Positions 12,531 to 24,775 are shown, counted from the first letter of the stretch. The stretch: 64,000 bases of DNA from Octopus sinensis (GCF_006345805.1 NC_042999.1:121396001-121460000), one strand, 5' to 3'. Notes: generated by a model not told the origin, from the sequence alone. A program made the numbers and translations.

Positions 12531-15500
12531 TGCCCACTAAACATGCTACAACTTATCTGAAGTCAATATGACTTACTTTATTATTACTTCCTATGCTTGC
12601 TCACCACTCTTTAGTCAATGTCTATTAAGTTTATAACCACTATTTATATACCTTACATAGAATAGTAGCCATAAATAACATTTTTATATGTATTTCAATC
12701 ATACAACTAGTCTATGTATTCTATTACTGAGTGAACATTTCATGAATAATATTCATGTATACTATCCCCCACTTACTTAGCTCTTTTTGTATTCTTTTTC
12801 TTCAAGTTCTTACACAAAACATTGAAATAGATTAGAAATTGGAGTTATGAAGGAAACACTTCTGAAAAAGGTTCAATATTTTAGTATCTTTTATAATGTA
12901 GTAGTTATTTTTTCAATTATTTGAAATTAAGGCAACAAATACGCACAACAAATAAATTTTCTGACTATCCAAGATTATTTTGTGATCAAATTTCATGTTA
13001 CCTTAATATCATTGATAAAAAAAAAATAATAATGAAAATATATTTATGGCATGTTTTTGGTCATATTATCAACAACCATTAATTTTTAGGCCTTTTGCAG
13101 AATACAAATCATGGATTACAAGCAATGAGTATTATAAATGTAATAAATATGCAAATAGGAAATATATCACCTAGATATTAAACAAATCCAGTTTTCATTC
13201 ATGAGTGTAAATTTTGGTCAAAGATATTAAATTTTACAAAATAATGTGCATTTTGGATTCCATTATTTGCTTCAGCAGGAAAAGGAAGTCAAATTCAACA
13301 TAGATTTATAACTGTGATTTAGAGGATAGATACAGAAGTAATTAATGCACCCAAATATGCCAATATAATTAATTAAGACAGTGGCATTCAAGTAGGCATG
13401 AAACTGAAAAGTAGGTATGAAACCTAGAACCATTAGGTCAGAAATGTGGTACTTGATTTCAAATTTACAATGCTGTAAATCAGAGACAAAACCCGCTTAT
13501 CTGTAAATAGTTCACATGTGCATACTTCAATAATATGAAGCACTTATTTCTTAAAGGAAACCTCCCTCATATCACACCCTCTCATCTTAATTGAAGGACA
13601 TTTTATGTAAGTAATACTTCAAAGTCCTAAAAGTTGGAACAGTCATGGCTGGAATGCCTTTGGTCATATGAATACTTAATGACAGCAGAACTTGAAGCTA
13701 AACAGCAACAGTTCTACATCTCATTAAAGATAAGTATTTCATATACTTTTCAAGCAAAATGCAATAAAATCACAAGAGTGCATCTTTCAGGAAGAACACA
13801 ATACAAATATAGTTCAGCATAAACTGAGTTTGTAAAGGTGAAAAAGATTTAAACTCTTTCTAAAATATTCTAATCTAACATAGTTTCTGAAACACTTTCC
13901 TTCTCGGTTACAAGATAGTAACTTAACTTATTCTTAATAATCGTTTGGCTCATTCAATATTTCCATCATTGTCATTGCAATTCAATGTTATACATAAATT
14001 TTTAGAAGAAAAATTGCAAACGTTTTTTTTTCTTACTTCTTCAAGTTTATCATGAAATAGTTAACTGTTTAAGTAATTTATAATTAAGTAAACGAAAACA
14101 TTTGAGAATGTAACATAACCAATATCTAAAGAAAGATGAAGTTAATGCTTTGTAATCAGCTGTTTAAAAGCTCTTTCAAGTTGAATAATTCAATATTTCT
14201 TAAGGGGTTATCCAAGCTGCTATTTAAAATTCATAAAAACATATCAAAACAGTAAAATCAATTTTTTCATCATAATTTAATCAAAAGCTTCTGGAAACCA
14301 ACTACAAATCTGCACACTAATGATGATTGGGGTTATAATGAACTCTACTGATAACTTTTTTTTTTGTCTCTGAAGCATTTAATGCATTGATCAATCATAA
14401 ATTGATACTTATATAAAAGATAAAGAGGTTCACTTTCTCAAATTCCATTTTTAAAGACATTTAAAATTTTGAAGATAAACAAAATGACATTGAAAATTTT
14501 GAAAGCTATGTTTCTATCATTATTCAATTAGAACTATAAACATTTATGAGGAGAGAAAAACACACATATCTGAGAAAAGGAAATGGGATAATATATATAT
14601 AAAAAGGAATGAAGAGTGCATCAGGAAAACCTCCCATAGTAAAGTTGTGCTGATAGTAATGGTGTTTTCATGGAGCTAATGTTTTACTATTTTCTTTCAA
14701 TTATAATCATGATTTAGACTGAAGCACATCAAGCATTTGCTGTTAAAACGTTTATCAAGAACAGTGAATCTAAGGTTTGTTTTCTGCTGCACCCTGTACT
14801 TTAAGCTTAGATATTATTTGAAACCTGAGAAAAATACATTAAAAAAATTAAGTTATCAAATGCATAGACTAAAGACACATTAATAAAATAATTATTTCAT
14901 GATCTTCTAAGCTTAATTTTGTTTAGCACCATTTTTTTGTCAAGATAAAACAGCAATAAAGTGAGTAGGAAGTAAGAGAAAATCTAAAATGAAGGTCATT
15001 TATTTAGTAACAGCAAAATAAGGGGTATTTTACATGTTTTTCAAAAGTAAAGTATACTTTTCATAATTTGAATACAAGAGAAAGTTCGTGAGAGAGAAAC
15101 TTAATATTTCTACAATTCTTAAGTACTCAGACTACTTAGAAAATTAGTAGTTCTGAAAATGATATGACATTCTTAAAATATGAAATATTTGTTTGTTTCA
15201 TAAATATGTTATCTTTGAGTTCAAATATGAAAAATAGTAAATACAGATTTTTAGACTATTCTTCAGACAGCTATACTGTTATGGCAGGTGAAATTCATTC
15301 ACACAATATTATGTAACACATGATGTTTTATGTCAATTCAGCTCATTTTGAGATAAAAATCAAGAGGTAACTGATTCTGTTATAGTATGGTGATTTTGAC
15401 AGTTATTATAGAGCTGTCATAGAAGAAAATTAGTTATTACTCACACAAGTTAAAAATTAGCAACTGTGGTCAGCTTAATAATAATAATTACAACAATAAT

Positions 15501-15996
15501 TCTTTCTTCTACAGGCACAAGGTATTCATCTTATCTCAGTAATCCTTAAATTCTTCTCTGCTTCACCCTATCCCCACCTACTTATAGTGTACTGACCATT
15601 GTCTTAGACACATCTAAATTGCCTATGTGAGTATGTATATTATCGTTTTTCATCCTACTTCCCCACAAACCTACAGGTTCCCAATCACTCAATACCTTTT
15701 CCTAATAGGCAGGCTGAACTAATAATGCCCACCCTTATCTTCTCATGTCTCTCTTACTTACTGCCCATCTCTTCCCTCATAAATCATCTCCTTAAGAAAG
15801 TCTTGTCTCTATCTAGATAGTGCATTTTATTTATGTACCTTCCTCTAGTTTTAGACTATTAATAAATCTGACCCTTCATTTCTCAAAACCTTCCCCTTTT
15901 CATACATGTTCATTTCTCTACTGCAACTATTATCCTTCTGAAGATGGAATAGGTTTTCACAAAAACTTCATTGCAAGCAATATGCAGAGTACAACA

Positions 15997-16473
15997 CTGT
16001 TTCTTGCTTTTTATGATGGTGTGTGTTTGGAGGATTAAGTTCATTCTGTGGTCCTTTTTTAGCAGGGGTATGTTTTTGAGGATGGTGTCGAAGGCTTCAT
16101 TTTTGAAAGTGTTGTGTGTGGAGATGTATGGAAGGGCTTTTGGTTTTAAGTCTTTTTTAATTTGGGATGTCTGAGTTCCTGGATGTTCAGCTGAAGGGCA
16201 TGTTGAAAGCATATGTCAATTAGTGAGGATGGGTAGTTCCCAATGATGAGTGAATCCTTTAGTTCATGTAGTCGTGTGTATCTGGTGATTGCATTAGAAA
16301 CTATAGTACATATCCTTTGTGCTAGGCTGAAGGGGATATTCATTCTGGTGTGTCTGGGGTGGTATGAGATGAACAGTAGATATTGCTTGAAATCCATAGG
16401 CTTATAGTATATCTGTTTCTATTACGTTGTTAGATTTCTTAATGAAGATGTCTAGGAAGGGAAGTTGTTGCTG
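15997..16473 (-). pseudogene. Penelope-like element RT thumb/linker fragment
   Basis: LPFLDIFI...TDIL(Y)KPMDFKQYLLFISYHPRHTRMNIPFSLAQRICTIVS...NYPSSLI...LPYISTHN matches the PLE pattern FLD..YxKP.D..YL...S.HP......IP.S...R...I. The (AT)n run truncates it. Confidence 0.8.
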
Positions 16474-16780
<307 letters not shown>

Positions 16781-17193
16781 CTCTCTGGATTAAGCAGTCT
16801 GTGTCACAACCTTTCTCCATTGAATTAACACCTACAACCATATTAATTCTGATTCCAAGCAGTCAAGGGATGCTGTTCTCAATTCCTTCACTACCAGATT
16901 TTTCTTTTCTTTTTACTCATTCCACTTCTTATCTTTTACCTCTCATCCTGTCTTGTTCTTTCTTGCTTTTTCTCAAAGAGCAGCCATGATGTATCTAAGA
17001 GTCTAATGATTGCTTGGAACTACATGGCATACTAAACAATCATGCTTAATCATATGTTCTGAGACACAAAACTGATAGTAGCTCAAATTTAAACCCTGTA
17101 TATATTAAATGATATTTGAGAAAAAAAACTGTGTGCATATGTAATTATTAACAAGGATATTAGTATAAGCTGGTCTGGGTACCCCATAAGGCT

Positions 17194-17611
17194 TTGTAAC
17201 TGTTGTGAGCCTCTACGTGTCACATGGACAAGCAGTGCCTCAGGAAGAATGTAGTTTATAGGGGGACTGCCACCACCGACAATAATACCTTCCACTACAT
17301 AGGAGCCACTGCTTCCCAATTTAAATGGAGATTTTATAATCATGTCCACTCCTTTAAGACATTAATAAGCATAAGCCCATGTCACTGACAGAGTTGGTTT
17401 GGGACTTAAAATTGAAGAGAAAGCCATACATGATTTCTTCATCTGTGGTGATGTCTGCACTTCCCTACCTGGGAGGAGGAGAGAGTGCAATCTTTGCATG
17501 GCAAAGGCTTTTGAGATATTACAAAATCGAGTTAACATTATTAACTAAAGAAACGAAGTGTTGATATGGTGTTTGCATAAAAAGCACAGGACCTTTGCAA
17601 AACTCAGATAG
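17194..17611 (+). pseudogene. Penelope-like element C-terminal GIY-YIG endonuclease fragment (frameshifted)
   Basis: Manual translation: CNC...CHMDKQCLRKNVVYRGTATTDNNTFHYIGATASQFKWRFYNHVHSFK / KHKPMSLTELVWDLKLKRKPYMISSSVVMSALPYLGGGE / CNLCMAKAFEIL...IIN*RNEVLIWCLHKKH. The VVY...YIG.T...FK.R..NH..SF and C.LC...N.R.E...C.HK pattern is typical of PLE-type GIY-YIG domains. Confidence 0.8.
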
Positions 17612-18457
17612 TTCAGTCCCCCTCCCCCAGCCTGCAGATAATTCTTTTCCCTCCCCAACAGCCCCTTTCTACAGTTTATAGTCTATGGGGCTTCCCTGCA
17701 GAGTGTCCTTACACCTTCCCACAGACATCCACACCATGAGCCTATAAAAGGTTTCCATGCCCCTTCTAACCATCCTGCTCTTCTCTTCTTCCTGCTCCAC
17801 AAATTATGTCCTCTACTTTGGGATGCATTTTCATCCAATGGTCCATTTCGGACACTTTTATATATTAAATACCTGCTTCTGGACATACTACTAGCATTAC
17901 ACATCTACTTTCACAAACCCTATTAGCCTTATCGGCTTATTCTTCACACTCTTGTTATAAATGTAAAAACTGTCTTCTTGATTTCTCAAACAACCTTCTT
18001 TGTTTGAATTTTTTTCACCTTTCTAAATTGAGCTCTCTAACGTTTAGGATTTATAATTTTTTCTATTAATTTCTTCTATATATATTCCAACACTTTCCTT
18101 ATTTCTCCTGGTCCTATTGGTGACTGCCTTCCTGCCATTCTTTTCCAAGTTTCAACCTCTTGAAATAATTATATTTTTGTAAGTTGATTTTATAATTTAG
18201 TTTTTTCACATTTCACCCTATTCTACATGGGTTTTAAAGTTTTTTCTCCCTCTCACCCCTTATGTATTTCACTAATCTATCTGTTTCTGTTTTTATCTCT
18301 ACCTTTATTTTTAATTTATGTAACGGAATTGGTATATTTTTATATACCATACCCCCACTGTGACTTAATCAAACTTTTATATACACCCCTTCTCACAGAC
18401 GTTTAGAAGCTTATTGTAGATATAACATGAGTTTTACCTTTATGTTTTTTCACTTTC

Positions 18458-20124
18458 AAGTTCTAGTATTTGTGTAACTCTCAATGCTAAAGTTTGGGAC
18501 AAGTTCTTCCAGGATGTTCCAGATGTATATTATGGCATATCTTTCTCGCCTACGCTCTAAAGATTAGAGTCTTAATCTCTTGAGTCTTTCCCAATAGCTT
18601 ATATGCTGCATAGAGGCTATCTTCTTCGTGTAGCTTCGTTGGATTGCCTCAAGTTCTGTGATTAACTTGACACTGGATGGTGACCATAGCTGAGAGCAAT
18701 AGTCAAAGTGGCTTAGGACAAGTGTCCTCCAGAGGACCATCATGGGTTCCTGGTCTCTTGTTCTAAAGTTTCTAAGAATCTCTCCTGTCAGCCATCTGAA
18801 TTTCATTGACAACTTAGTAACAAGCACATGCAAGGATGCATTATTACTCATGTAAATGCCCAGGTCTTACACTGACTGTGTCTCTGGGATTGCAATCCCT
18901 CCAGGTCAAGTGTATCTAATTGGTATTGCATTTAGTTTAGCATGCTGATAACACAAGGCTTGAAACTTTTCAGCATTAAACTGAATGCTATTCTTTTCAG
19001 TCCGCTTGTATATTTCATCCAGCTCACATTGCAGCGGCATAGTGTCTTCAGGGTTCTGTATTACCTGTGAGACTTTTGTATCATCTACATAACTTGTGAT
19101 TGTGGCTCTCTGTGTAGCTGAGGGCATGTCTGAGAGGGCCATTATGAATAGTTGTGGTCCCAAAACAGTGCCTTGCGGAATACCGCTCACTATTTGCGTG
19201 TCATTGGAGGTGGCCCCATTGGCTATAACCACCTGACTTCTATCCTTCAGAAAGTCATGAAGCCATTCTCTCAATTTTCCAACTATGCCAAGATCACGCA
19301 GTTTGTGACATATCATTCCATGATCGGCTTTATCAAAGGCCTTTGCAAAGTCAAGATATATCACTTCCACATTTGAGTGGTTGGGCAGCTGTTTCTGCAC
19401 CCAGGCATAGTGTTGTAAGATCTGAGTCAGGCAGCTTCTTCTTGGTCAGAAACCATGTTGGGTGTCAGGCAGCAAGTCATTTTCTTCAAGGAAGGTGATT
19501 AGTTTTCTTTTGACTATTTGTTCCATGACCTTGCTGTGGTGTGAGTTCAGAGAGATAGGTCTGTAGTTCTTGGCCTCCGCTCTGCTACTTCCTTTATGAA
19601 TAGGGCATATTTTACCCTCCATCAGTTTTCTTGCAAGTCTGCCAGTTGTAAGGAAGCTCTGAAAGAGTGACTGCAGTGATCTTGCTAGGACTTGCTCACA
19701 TACATTTAGAAGGATTGTTGGGAATCCATCAGGGCCAGTAGCTGAGTTTGTTTTCATTTCATCTATAGCACTTGTAACATCGTCTTCCTTTATATTGATG
19801 TAATCAATCATCATTGCCTCTGTTTTTATATCTGCAGTGATAAAGAAGTCAGTTGGATTGCTGACTTGAAATTGCCCTAGGGGTGGAGTGAAAATACTTT
19901 TTAATTGCTCATTTAGTATTTCACTTATCCTCTTTAGGTTTCCTGTAACTGTACCATCTTTTTCGAGGAGTGGCCCTATCTTGCAGTGCACTGAAGCTGT
20001 TTCTTTGGCAAACTTGTAGAAAGCTCTGGGGTTAGATTTTATGTTGTCAATAGTCCAGGCTACTTTGTCTGCTCTTTCATTTTCATGGGAGAGTTGCATA
20101 TTTTTTTTCAATCTCCAGCAGTTG
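18458..20124 (-). mobile_element. CR1-clade LINE family B, decayed RT-containing fragment
   Basis: ORFs 19446-20189, 18906-19400 and 18564-18851 carry NYRPISL, YLDFAKAFDK, GIPQGTVLGP and YVDDTK. Collinear with 36400-38070. Confidence 0.92.
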
Positions 20125-20274
20125 TGTATATATATATATATATATATATACAAATGTGTGTGCATATATATATATATATATATACACACACAAATGTGTG
20201 TGCATATATATATATATATACGTCAAAAGGCAATTAAAAGTTGCACTCCAACATTCAATTGCCTTTTGACCCAA

Positions 20275-20622
20275 CCCCCAATCTGACACACCAACACGCA
20301 TTCGTCTGGCCGAACTTGTCCTCTCACTCAACTGCTTCTCATTTGCAGGTGATTTTTACCAGCAGTTCTCAGGAGTGGCCATGGGAACGAGAATGCGCCT
20401 GAACTATGCGAACCTGTTCATTGGCCTTGTTGAGGCCCAAACATTATAAGTTTCACTGGTCCCCCTCCCAAACTATACGGCCATTATATTGACAACTGTA
20501 TCAGTACGACCTCACTCTCCCGTGAACCTCTAAACTCCTTCCTCTCTTTTGTCAAATCTTTCCATCCTGCCCTCCACTTCCCTTGCACTATCTCTGACAC
20601 CTCTGTCTTCTTCCGTGACATT
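20275..20622 (+). pseudogene. Penelope-like element RT core fragment
   Basis: Manual translation: RLAELVLSLNCFSFAGDFYQQFSGVAMGTRMRLNYANLFIGLVE...YIDNC...FLSFVKSFHPALHFPCTISDTSVFFRDI. This shows the PLE motifs Q..G.AMG....YANLF, YIDD-like, and FHP..F......S+.FLD+. Confidence 0.75.
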
Positions 20623-20673
20623 GTGGTACACGAAGTAAGAAAGTAGGAAGAAGAAAGGTGAAATGCACATCTG

Positions 20674-21190
20674 GTGCAATGTAGTCAACAGGGACAGTAC
20701 CTGAGATGGGAGGAATATGTAGTCAGTCGCAGAATCTCATGGAAGTAACTTTAGTCTTGGGAACAAGCAAGGACATCCTTCCTGATCAAGACTATTTTCA
20801 ACGTTTTACCTTCAGCAGTGAATTTAATCTGGTGGAACATACAAATAACTGACAAATGTAGATGTAGAGAAAAAGCATCGGTGAGACATGTTCTGTCAAA
20901 CTGCAGGATAGCACAAGATAGATATATATGGCATCACAATCAAGTCATTGGTGTCATAAGCGCAGCTGTCAAGGAGAAGATTGAGGGATAGAATAGGGGA
21001 GAATACACAAACGTGAAAAAGCGCGGAAAATATACTTCCAGGAGGAGAGAACAGAACATAAGGTCAGGCCTTCAAATAAAATATACAAAACAGACAAAAG
21101 ATGGAAGGGATACTGGGAGCTGGCTACGGATTTGAAAAGACTGTTAATATTTACTCATACAAACAACAAATAGACCGGACTTAATATGAT
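20674..21190 (+). pseudogene. RLE-type (HERO/NeSL-like) non-LTR retrotransposon C-terminal fragment
   Basis: QQGQYLRWEEYVVSRRISWK*L*SWEQARTSFLIKTIFNVLPSAVNLIWW...KCRCREKASVRHVLSNCRIAQDRYIWHHNQVIGVI...WELATDL...RPDLI. Contains a decayed zinc knuckle, an RHN-like motif and an RPD nuclease motif. Confidence 0.65.
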
Positions 21191-21323
21191 GTAAATAATG
21201 TACATAATTCCTCATCTCTTAAATATAGAACTGTATTATATATATATATACATGTATGTATGCATGTATACATATATATGTATATATATATAAACGAGAA
21301 AGAAGCAACAAGAATGGATTAGT

Positions 21324-21414
21324 TTTTAGTACAATTGTTTCATACAAAGACAGGCTTTATTACAAGTTGCAAAAATTGCAGCAGATAAAAGTGTCCCGTA
21401 CTCATCAGCTAAAA
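21324..21414 (-). ncRNA. Type I hammerhead ribozyme (left arm of palindrome)
   Basis: Exact reverse complement of the 21580-21670 motif. Confidence 0.85.
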
Positions 21415-21579
21415 TACATATGAGTTCTCTAGACATCTTAGTGGGTGATGTTATACTCATGAAATATTGGAGATACTTCCATTAGAGGCAGATATAGGTT
21501 ATCTACCTCTAATGGAAGTATCTCCAATATTTCATGAGTATAACATCACCCACTAAGATGTCTAGAGAACTCATATGTA

Positions 21580-21670
21580 TTTTAGCTGATGAGTACGGGA
21601 CACTTTTATCTGCTGCAATTTTTGCAACTTGTAATAAAGCCTGTCTTTGTATGAAACAATTGTACTAAAA
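21580..21670 (+). ncRNA. Type I hammerhead ribozyme with intact core and long stem II
   Basis: Stem I TTTTAG/CTAAAA; core CTGATGA (21586-21592); stem II GTACGG-GACA...TGTC-T-TTGTAT; GAAA (21653-21656); palindromic stem III ACAATTGT; predicted cleavage after GUA at 21664. Confidence 0.85.
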
Positions 21671-21913
21671 ACTAATCCATTCTTGTTGCTTCTTTCTCGT
21701 TTATAATCACCCCACATTACTGTATGGTTAACACCATATAGTTTTTCTGGTGCATCTAAGTTAAGGACCACATTCAAGTAAATTCATTGGAATTTACTTG
21801 AATCTTAATTGCTTTGATTGTATATATATATATGCGTTTATTGATGTATATATACATATATATATATATGCGTTTATTGATGTATATATATATATATATA
21901 TATATGCGTTTAT

Positions 21914-21962
<49 letters not shown>

Positions 21963-22786
21963 CACTGAACGTGTGTATGTAAAAAACTGAATGAACTGGA
22001 TATTTCCACACCTTTTTACCATAAGAGAAATTTTTTCTCCATGGTAACTGCAGCGTATTTGCCTTTTAGCAGTTGAAATATGTGACAGACATATTTCAAC
22101 TAACCTAAATTCTGCATATATATATATGTGTGTGTGTGTGCGTGTGTGCATATATATAAATACACCACACCACACCACACAGGGAAAGTTAGAAAGACAG
22201 ACAGCATCAATTAAACCCATAAGCAAGTGAGGCTATACCTGCACAGTGACACAATCCTATTACTTGATCCTTATCAGTAATCAGTTAACCAGATCCGTTA
22301 AATACAATTTTCTACTGTCCTATCTTTTCTTTCTTTTTAATATCCCAACCCTTTGGTATGTTTTACAAATAGATTAGACATGTTTTTTTATCTTTTCTAA
22401 ACTATATTGTTATATACAAAAGCTAACAGCTTCATTATGATTGACAGAAATTTACAGTCTTCTCACGTATTTCTTTCCAAACAAATTGTTATATATAAAA
22501 ATGCATTCTACCAAGGTATGCATTGCTGGTTTGTAAATTATATCATGAAATATTTAATAGTTACATATGTACTGAAATGTAGTTAGAAATATTTTGTTTT
22601 TCTATAATGTTGCAAACCAGTTGCAAAATGGCTTTGCAACATTGTTTTGATTATATGCATTCATTTCATACAAAATTATAATTCATTAAAACATCTTTTT
22701 GAGAATGCTCAATAATCCTGAAAGCATACTACCTACTAATTATTGTGAAAAATAACATAGCATAACATCAAAGGAAATTTACAAAC

Positions 22787-22978
22787 CTTATAATTGCTTC
22801 GTATAAACATTGGAATAGGTATGTCTTTCCGCATTGAACTTGGAAGGTCCCTCATTATCTGAAGATGAGAAGCTGGTTCACCAGCTTCTATGTGCATTAA
22901 AGATGCACATATCACCAACAGAACTATCGGCCAATTCTTGCAAGACATTCTCGGGTTTGGCAATATAGAATTTTTCAT
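22787..22978 (-). CDS. Candidate host exon encoding a signal-peptide-bearing N-terminus (unknown secreted or membrane protein)
   Basis: Acceptor atttcctttcag|ATG and donor AAG|gtttgt bound a 192-nt open frame: MKNSILPNPRMSCKNWPIVLLVICASLMHIEA-GEPASHLQIMRDLPSSMRKDIPIPMFIRSNYK. It has a hydrophobic core and a small-residue cleavage site. I recognise no homolog. Confidence 0.5.
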
Positions 22979-23185
22979 CTGAAAGGAAATATTTCACATG
23001 TATTAAGTGATGTAAAACAAAAATGGTACAAAAAAATAGCTTTAATTTTCATTTTTACTCTAAAAAAAATATGAATGGCTCATGAACTAATATAATTATC
23101 TCTACATTTATATTTACAGATTAAAAGAGAAACCAACATTCATGGGGTATTTTAAAATGACCATTAAATATATATATATATATAT

Positions 23186-23302
23186 AGCTGTAGAAACTCT
23201 GCCAGATCAGAGTGGAGTCTGGTGCAGCCATCTGGTTCGCCAGACCTCAGTCAAATCGTGCAACCCATGCTAGCATGGAAAGTAGACGTTAAACGATGAT
23301 GA
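23186..23302 (+). mobile_element. Severely 5'-truncated RTE tail
   Basis: agctgtagaaactctgccagatcagagtggagtctggtgcagcc...catgctagcatggaaagtagacgttaaacgatgatga, starting inside an (AT)n run. Confidence 0.85.
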
Positions 23303-23471
23303 CGTTAATAGCCTATTTGAAGAAGTTGAATAACTTACTCAGACATATGAATGTTTAGTAGACTATTACACATACTCAAATGACTTCTAACCTTGAGATG
23401 ATTTTCAGAGATCAATGAAGCATTCAGTTTATTGAAATATGTTAGAACAGTAAGGGCAAGAAGATTTATAA

Positions 23472-24775
23472 CTGAATTTTTATTTTAAAAATGTCTGATA
23501 ATCCTCAACTTCAATAGTGAATGTAAATGTCTTAATAAATATTTTTAATTTTTGACAAAAGTTGAATAGGTAAATTTATGAGAAATTTGTATTTTCTCTC
23601 ACATACAAAGAGCAAATAATATTTATGCTCAAATAATCAAGATGCAAACATATTTGAAGTTTTGATTAAATATTTAGATATGAAACACCAATATTAAACT
23701 GCAAGTGTGTCATGATCCACAAATCTTTGATGCACAAAATAAACAATTAAGAAAAGTAGCATTGAAAATATTATGATACACCACTTAGACATAATATCCA
23801 TTTCATGTCAATAGAACCCATTCCAGTTAACAACAAATTGATTGTTTAAGCAAGATGTAATTCATGTAGATAATTACCAAGTATTTAACAAAACATTGCA
23901 TCTAGGAAACATTTATAGTGTACTATCTATCTTAAAGAACATAATTATAAGACATTTACCTTTCATATCTGCAAAAATCTCTGTATATCAAAGCATAACA
24001 ATCAAAGGGTTTTAATAACTAAAAACCAGAGCAGCTCTAAACTTAATCTCTAGCTTATTAGCTGTTTTTAACAATACAACAAAAAATATCTAAAATATGT
24101 CTTAGTAAAAAGCTTATTATTACGATAAATCACCGTTACTGATATTCTAGCATGTCATCAAATAATTATCTCTGTTCCTTTCTCCTGCAACTTGATTAAA
24201 AAATGTCATTCTTTTTCATCGTGTATATTTTAAGCTCAATATAAAATCAAAGGACAAACATCTTTTGCTCAGAATATCAAGGAGAAAAGAAACTAATTAG
24301 AATTAATAATAACTACCAAATGAAAGTAAGTTTTCAAACAACTTGATGAAAATACCATATTGATAGGGTATACTTTCAAGAAGCAAAACAAAATTTCTAA
24401 CTGGATTTTTTATTGAAAAACATGCATTTGATAATACTCAATTTCAAGGTTACTTTTTAACAAAAGTTGAATAGGCCAATTTATGAAAATTTATTATTTT
24501 CTTTCATGGACAAAGAGCAAATAATATTTACAGTCAAGTAATCAGGATGCAAACAAGTTTGAAGTTTTTAATTTGTAAAATACCAACATTTAATAGCAAG
24601 TGTGTTATGATTCATAAAGTAAACAAGGAAAGTAGCATTTTAAATATTGATACACCACTAAGACACAGTATCCATTTTAAGTAAATACAACAGGTTTCAC
24701 TTAACCAAATTATTGTTTAAGCAAGATGCAATTCATGTAAATAATTGCCTAGTATTTAACAAAATGTTGCATCCA
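23472..24775. repeat. Old direct duplication: 23472-23910 vs 24401-24775
   Basis: Shared collinear blocks include acaaaagttgaatagg, acaaagagcaaataatattta, gatgcaaaca, gcaagtgtgt, gatacaccact, ttgtttaagcaagatg and gtatttaacaaaa. Confidence 0.8.

Larger units (their letters stand above)
21289..21705. repeat. 417-bp near-perfect inverted repeat (206-bp arms, 5-nt spacer)
   Basis: Arms 21289-21494 and 21500-21705 were checked block by block. There is one mismatch (C21489 vs A21505) and the spacer is TAGGT. Confidence 0.97.

Noticed and set aside
14770-14825. Possible terminal exon (-): ttttctcag|G FQIISKLKVQGAAENKP*; similar candidates near 2.9, 12.0 and 12.9 kb
   Set aside because: Acceptor-like sites are common in AT-rich introns, and there is no homology or phase link to the 22.8 kb exon.
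22859-22910. CTGAAGA followed by a 9-10-bp hairpin inside the candidate exon (hammerhead-like start)
   Set aside because: There is no GAAA after the hairpin and no stem I/III partner.
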